From NCBI GenBank assembly GCA_043228905.1, contig JBHGNT010000009.1:14012001-14076000 (forward strand): a stretch of 64,000 nt of DNA, in the 5' to 3' direction. Made by a program: the position numbers and the translations under genes. The notes beneath the pieces were generated by a model. That model saw nothing but the letters and a program-made list of their open reading frames with translations. It ran no database searches and was not told the DNA's origin. The DNA is from Azolla caroliniana (taxonomy: Eukaryota; Plantae; Polypodiophyta). Below, piece by piece: positions 61,775 to 64,000 of this stretch (its first letter is position 1; each line of letters starts with the position of its first letter).

Positions 61775-64000
61775 CCAGGCAAAAGTTGAAAGAGAGTCGG
61801 GTCGGAAACTAAAGGCTCTCCGAACCGACAACGGTGGCGAGTATAGAGGGCAGTTCGAGGAATACTGCAAGTGCCAAGGTATTTGAATCGAATACACAAT
61901 GCCAAAGACCCCAGAATTAAACAGGCTTGCAGAGAAGATGAATCGAACAATCATGGAGAGAGTAAGGAGCATGCTCACCCATGCGAAACTATTGAAATCC
62001 TATTGGGCTGAGGCGATGTACACAACTGTTTATCTGATCAATAGGTCTCCCTCAGTGCCATTAACAGGTGATGTCCCACAGAGGGTGTGGACAGGGAAGG
62101 ATGTCTCCTACCAACACCTGAGGTTGTTTGGATGTTTGGCATATATCCATTTACCAAAGGATCAGAGGTCAAAGCTTGACAACAAGTCGAAAGCATGCAT
62201 ATTCATGGGATACTCGTAAGATGAATTCGGCTACAGGTTGTGGGACGTAGTCGACAAGAAGGTAGTGAGAAGTTGGAACGTCTTCTTTCTTGAAGATAAG
62301 ACAATTGAAGACTGGAAGCAACAAACGTCGGAACCGACTCCCTAGTCAACCTCGACTACTATCGACTTAAGGCCAAATGTGTCATCACCGGCAGTTGTAA
62401 GGAGACAACTGGCCGACAGAGCCAAATCCGAGTCGGTCGATTCGGAAAGACCAACAAACTATGAGTCAGAGTCGGCAAACCTGCTAAAATCAATTGAGGA
62501 ATATGAGTTGGAGTTATCCAACCTGGAGATGTCGATTGATGAGCAGAATCCCGAGCAAAGAGAAGAGTTGGCAGAGACATTCGGAAAAGAGCCAACAACG
62601 AGTGGACGAAGGTACCCACTCAGAGAAAGGAAGGCACCAATTACATATGCTAGTCAAAACATCCTCTTGACTGATGACCGTGAACTGGAGTGCTATGAAG
62701 AAGCCACTACTGACGAGAGCAGAGAAAAGTGGTTGAACGTGATGCAAGAGGAGATGGAATCCTTGCACGCGAATTACACCTATGACCTAGTAGAGCTGCC
62801 AAAAGGTAAGAGAGCACTCAAGAATAAATGGGTCTACAAGGTGAAGACTGGAGAAGTCGACAGCGAGCCCAGGTATAAAGCCCGCATAGTGGTGAAGGGT
62901 TTCCAACAGAGGAAGGGCGTCGACTTTGACGAAATATTCGTACCAGTCGTGAAGATGACATCCATACGAATTAGTCTGAGCATACTGGCCAACATGGACC
63001 TGGAGATCGAACAGTTGGATGTCAAAACCGCATTTCTGCACAGGGACCTAGAAGAAGAAATCTACATGCAGCAACCCGAAGGCTTTGAGGAGAAAGGGAA
63101 AGAGAATCTGGTGTGTCGGCTGAGGAAAACCTTGTACGGACTGAAACAAGCTCCACGCCAATGGTACAAGAAATTCGACTCCTTCATGATGGAACATTTG
63201 TTCCAGAAAACACAGGCCGATCACTTTGTGTTCGTCAAAAGGTACGGGGAAGGAGATTTCTTTATTCTCTTGCTAATGTTGATGATATGTTCATAGTCGG
63301 TCAAGATGCAAGGAAGATTGGAAGCTTGAAGAAAGCTCTCGGAAAGTCATTTGCCATGAAAGACCTTGGACCGGCAAAGCAAATCCTAGAAATGCATATA
63401 ACCCGAGACAGAGCTCGGAAGGTGCTATGCTTGTCACAACAGAAGTATGTGACGAAGATCCTAGAGAGGTTCAACATGTCGAATGCAAAGCCGGTCGGCT
63501 CCGTGTTGCCGACAAATTGCAAATTGAATGCGAAGCAGTGTGCGAGAGGGCAGAAGGAAAAGGTTGCGATGAGGGTACCATATGCCTCAACAGTCGGAAA
63601 TCTAATGTATGTTATGGTCTGTACGAGACCGGACATAGCATTTGTTGTAGGAGCACTAAGCCGATATATGAGTAATCCAGGGAGAGAACACTGGGTAGTG
63701 GTGAAGTGGATACTAAGGTACTTGAAAGGCACCTCGGAGGTGTGCCTAAGGTATGGTGTCGAAAAACCTATGTTGGAAGGTTTTACCGATTCGGACATGT
63801 CAGGAGATTCCGACTCGAGCTAATCCATGTCAGGATACGTGATGACCTACGAAGGGGGAGCAGTGTCATGGCAGTCACGACTGCAGAAGTCTGTAGCCTT
63901 GTCGACTACAAAGGCAGAGTATATGGCAGCGGTAGAGGCCGGAAAAGAGCTGATCTAGATGAGAAATTTTCTCACCAAATTAGGCATAAAGCAAAAGGAG
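61775..64000 (+). mobile_element. Decayed Tork/Tnt1-like copia INT-RT-RH, running off the window
   Basis: LRTDNGGEY, RYKARIVVKGF, LDVKTAFLH, CTRPDIA and GFTDSD, with stops and frameshifts. Confidence 0.9.

Overview
Eukaryotic, land-plant DNA, most likely a fern (the phytochrome resembles the fern PHY2/PHY4 clade; from recall, not a search). One host gene is present: an intact 4-exon canonical phytochrome (+, 34333-38773, 1140 aa spliced) in a roughly 8 kb TE-free, microsatellite-rich island. The rest is nested transposons: Ty1/copia elements (one intact and very young, 53032-58494), Ty3/gypsy elements (chromoviral and non-chromoviral), three solo LTRs with target-site duplications (TSDs), LINE 3' fragments, a tRNA-derived SINE and a 4.1 kb foldback/TIR element with a 4-bp TSD. 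The most unusual signal is a Tcn1/Tf1-like chromovirus lineage whose LTR combines an antisense tRNA-like Pol III cassette (box A/box B), a heat-shock-element array, and a predicted transcript 5' end complementary to its own primer-binding site (self-priming). The same layout recurs in a second, non-coding LTR element, and the tRNA-like LTR head is amplified five times inside the foldback element. Coordinates were read by eye. Boundaries with TSDs are precise; boundaries of decayed fragments are approximate.
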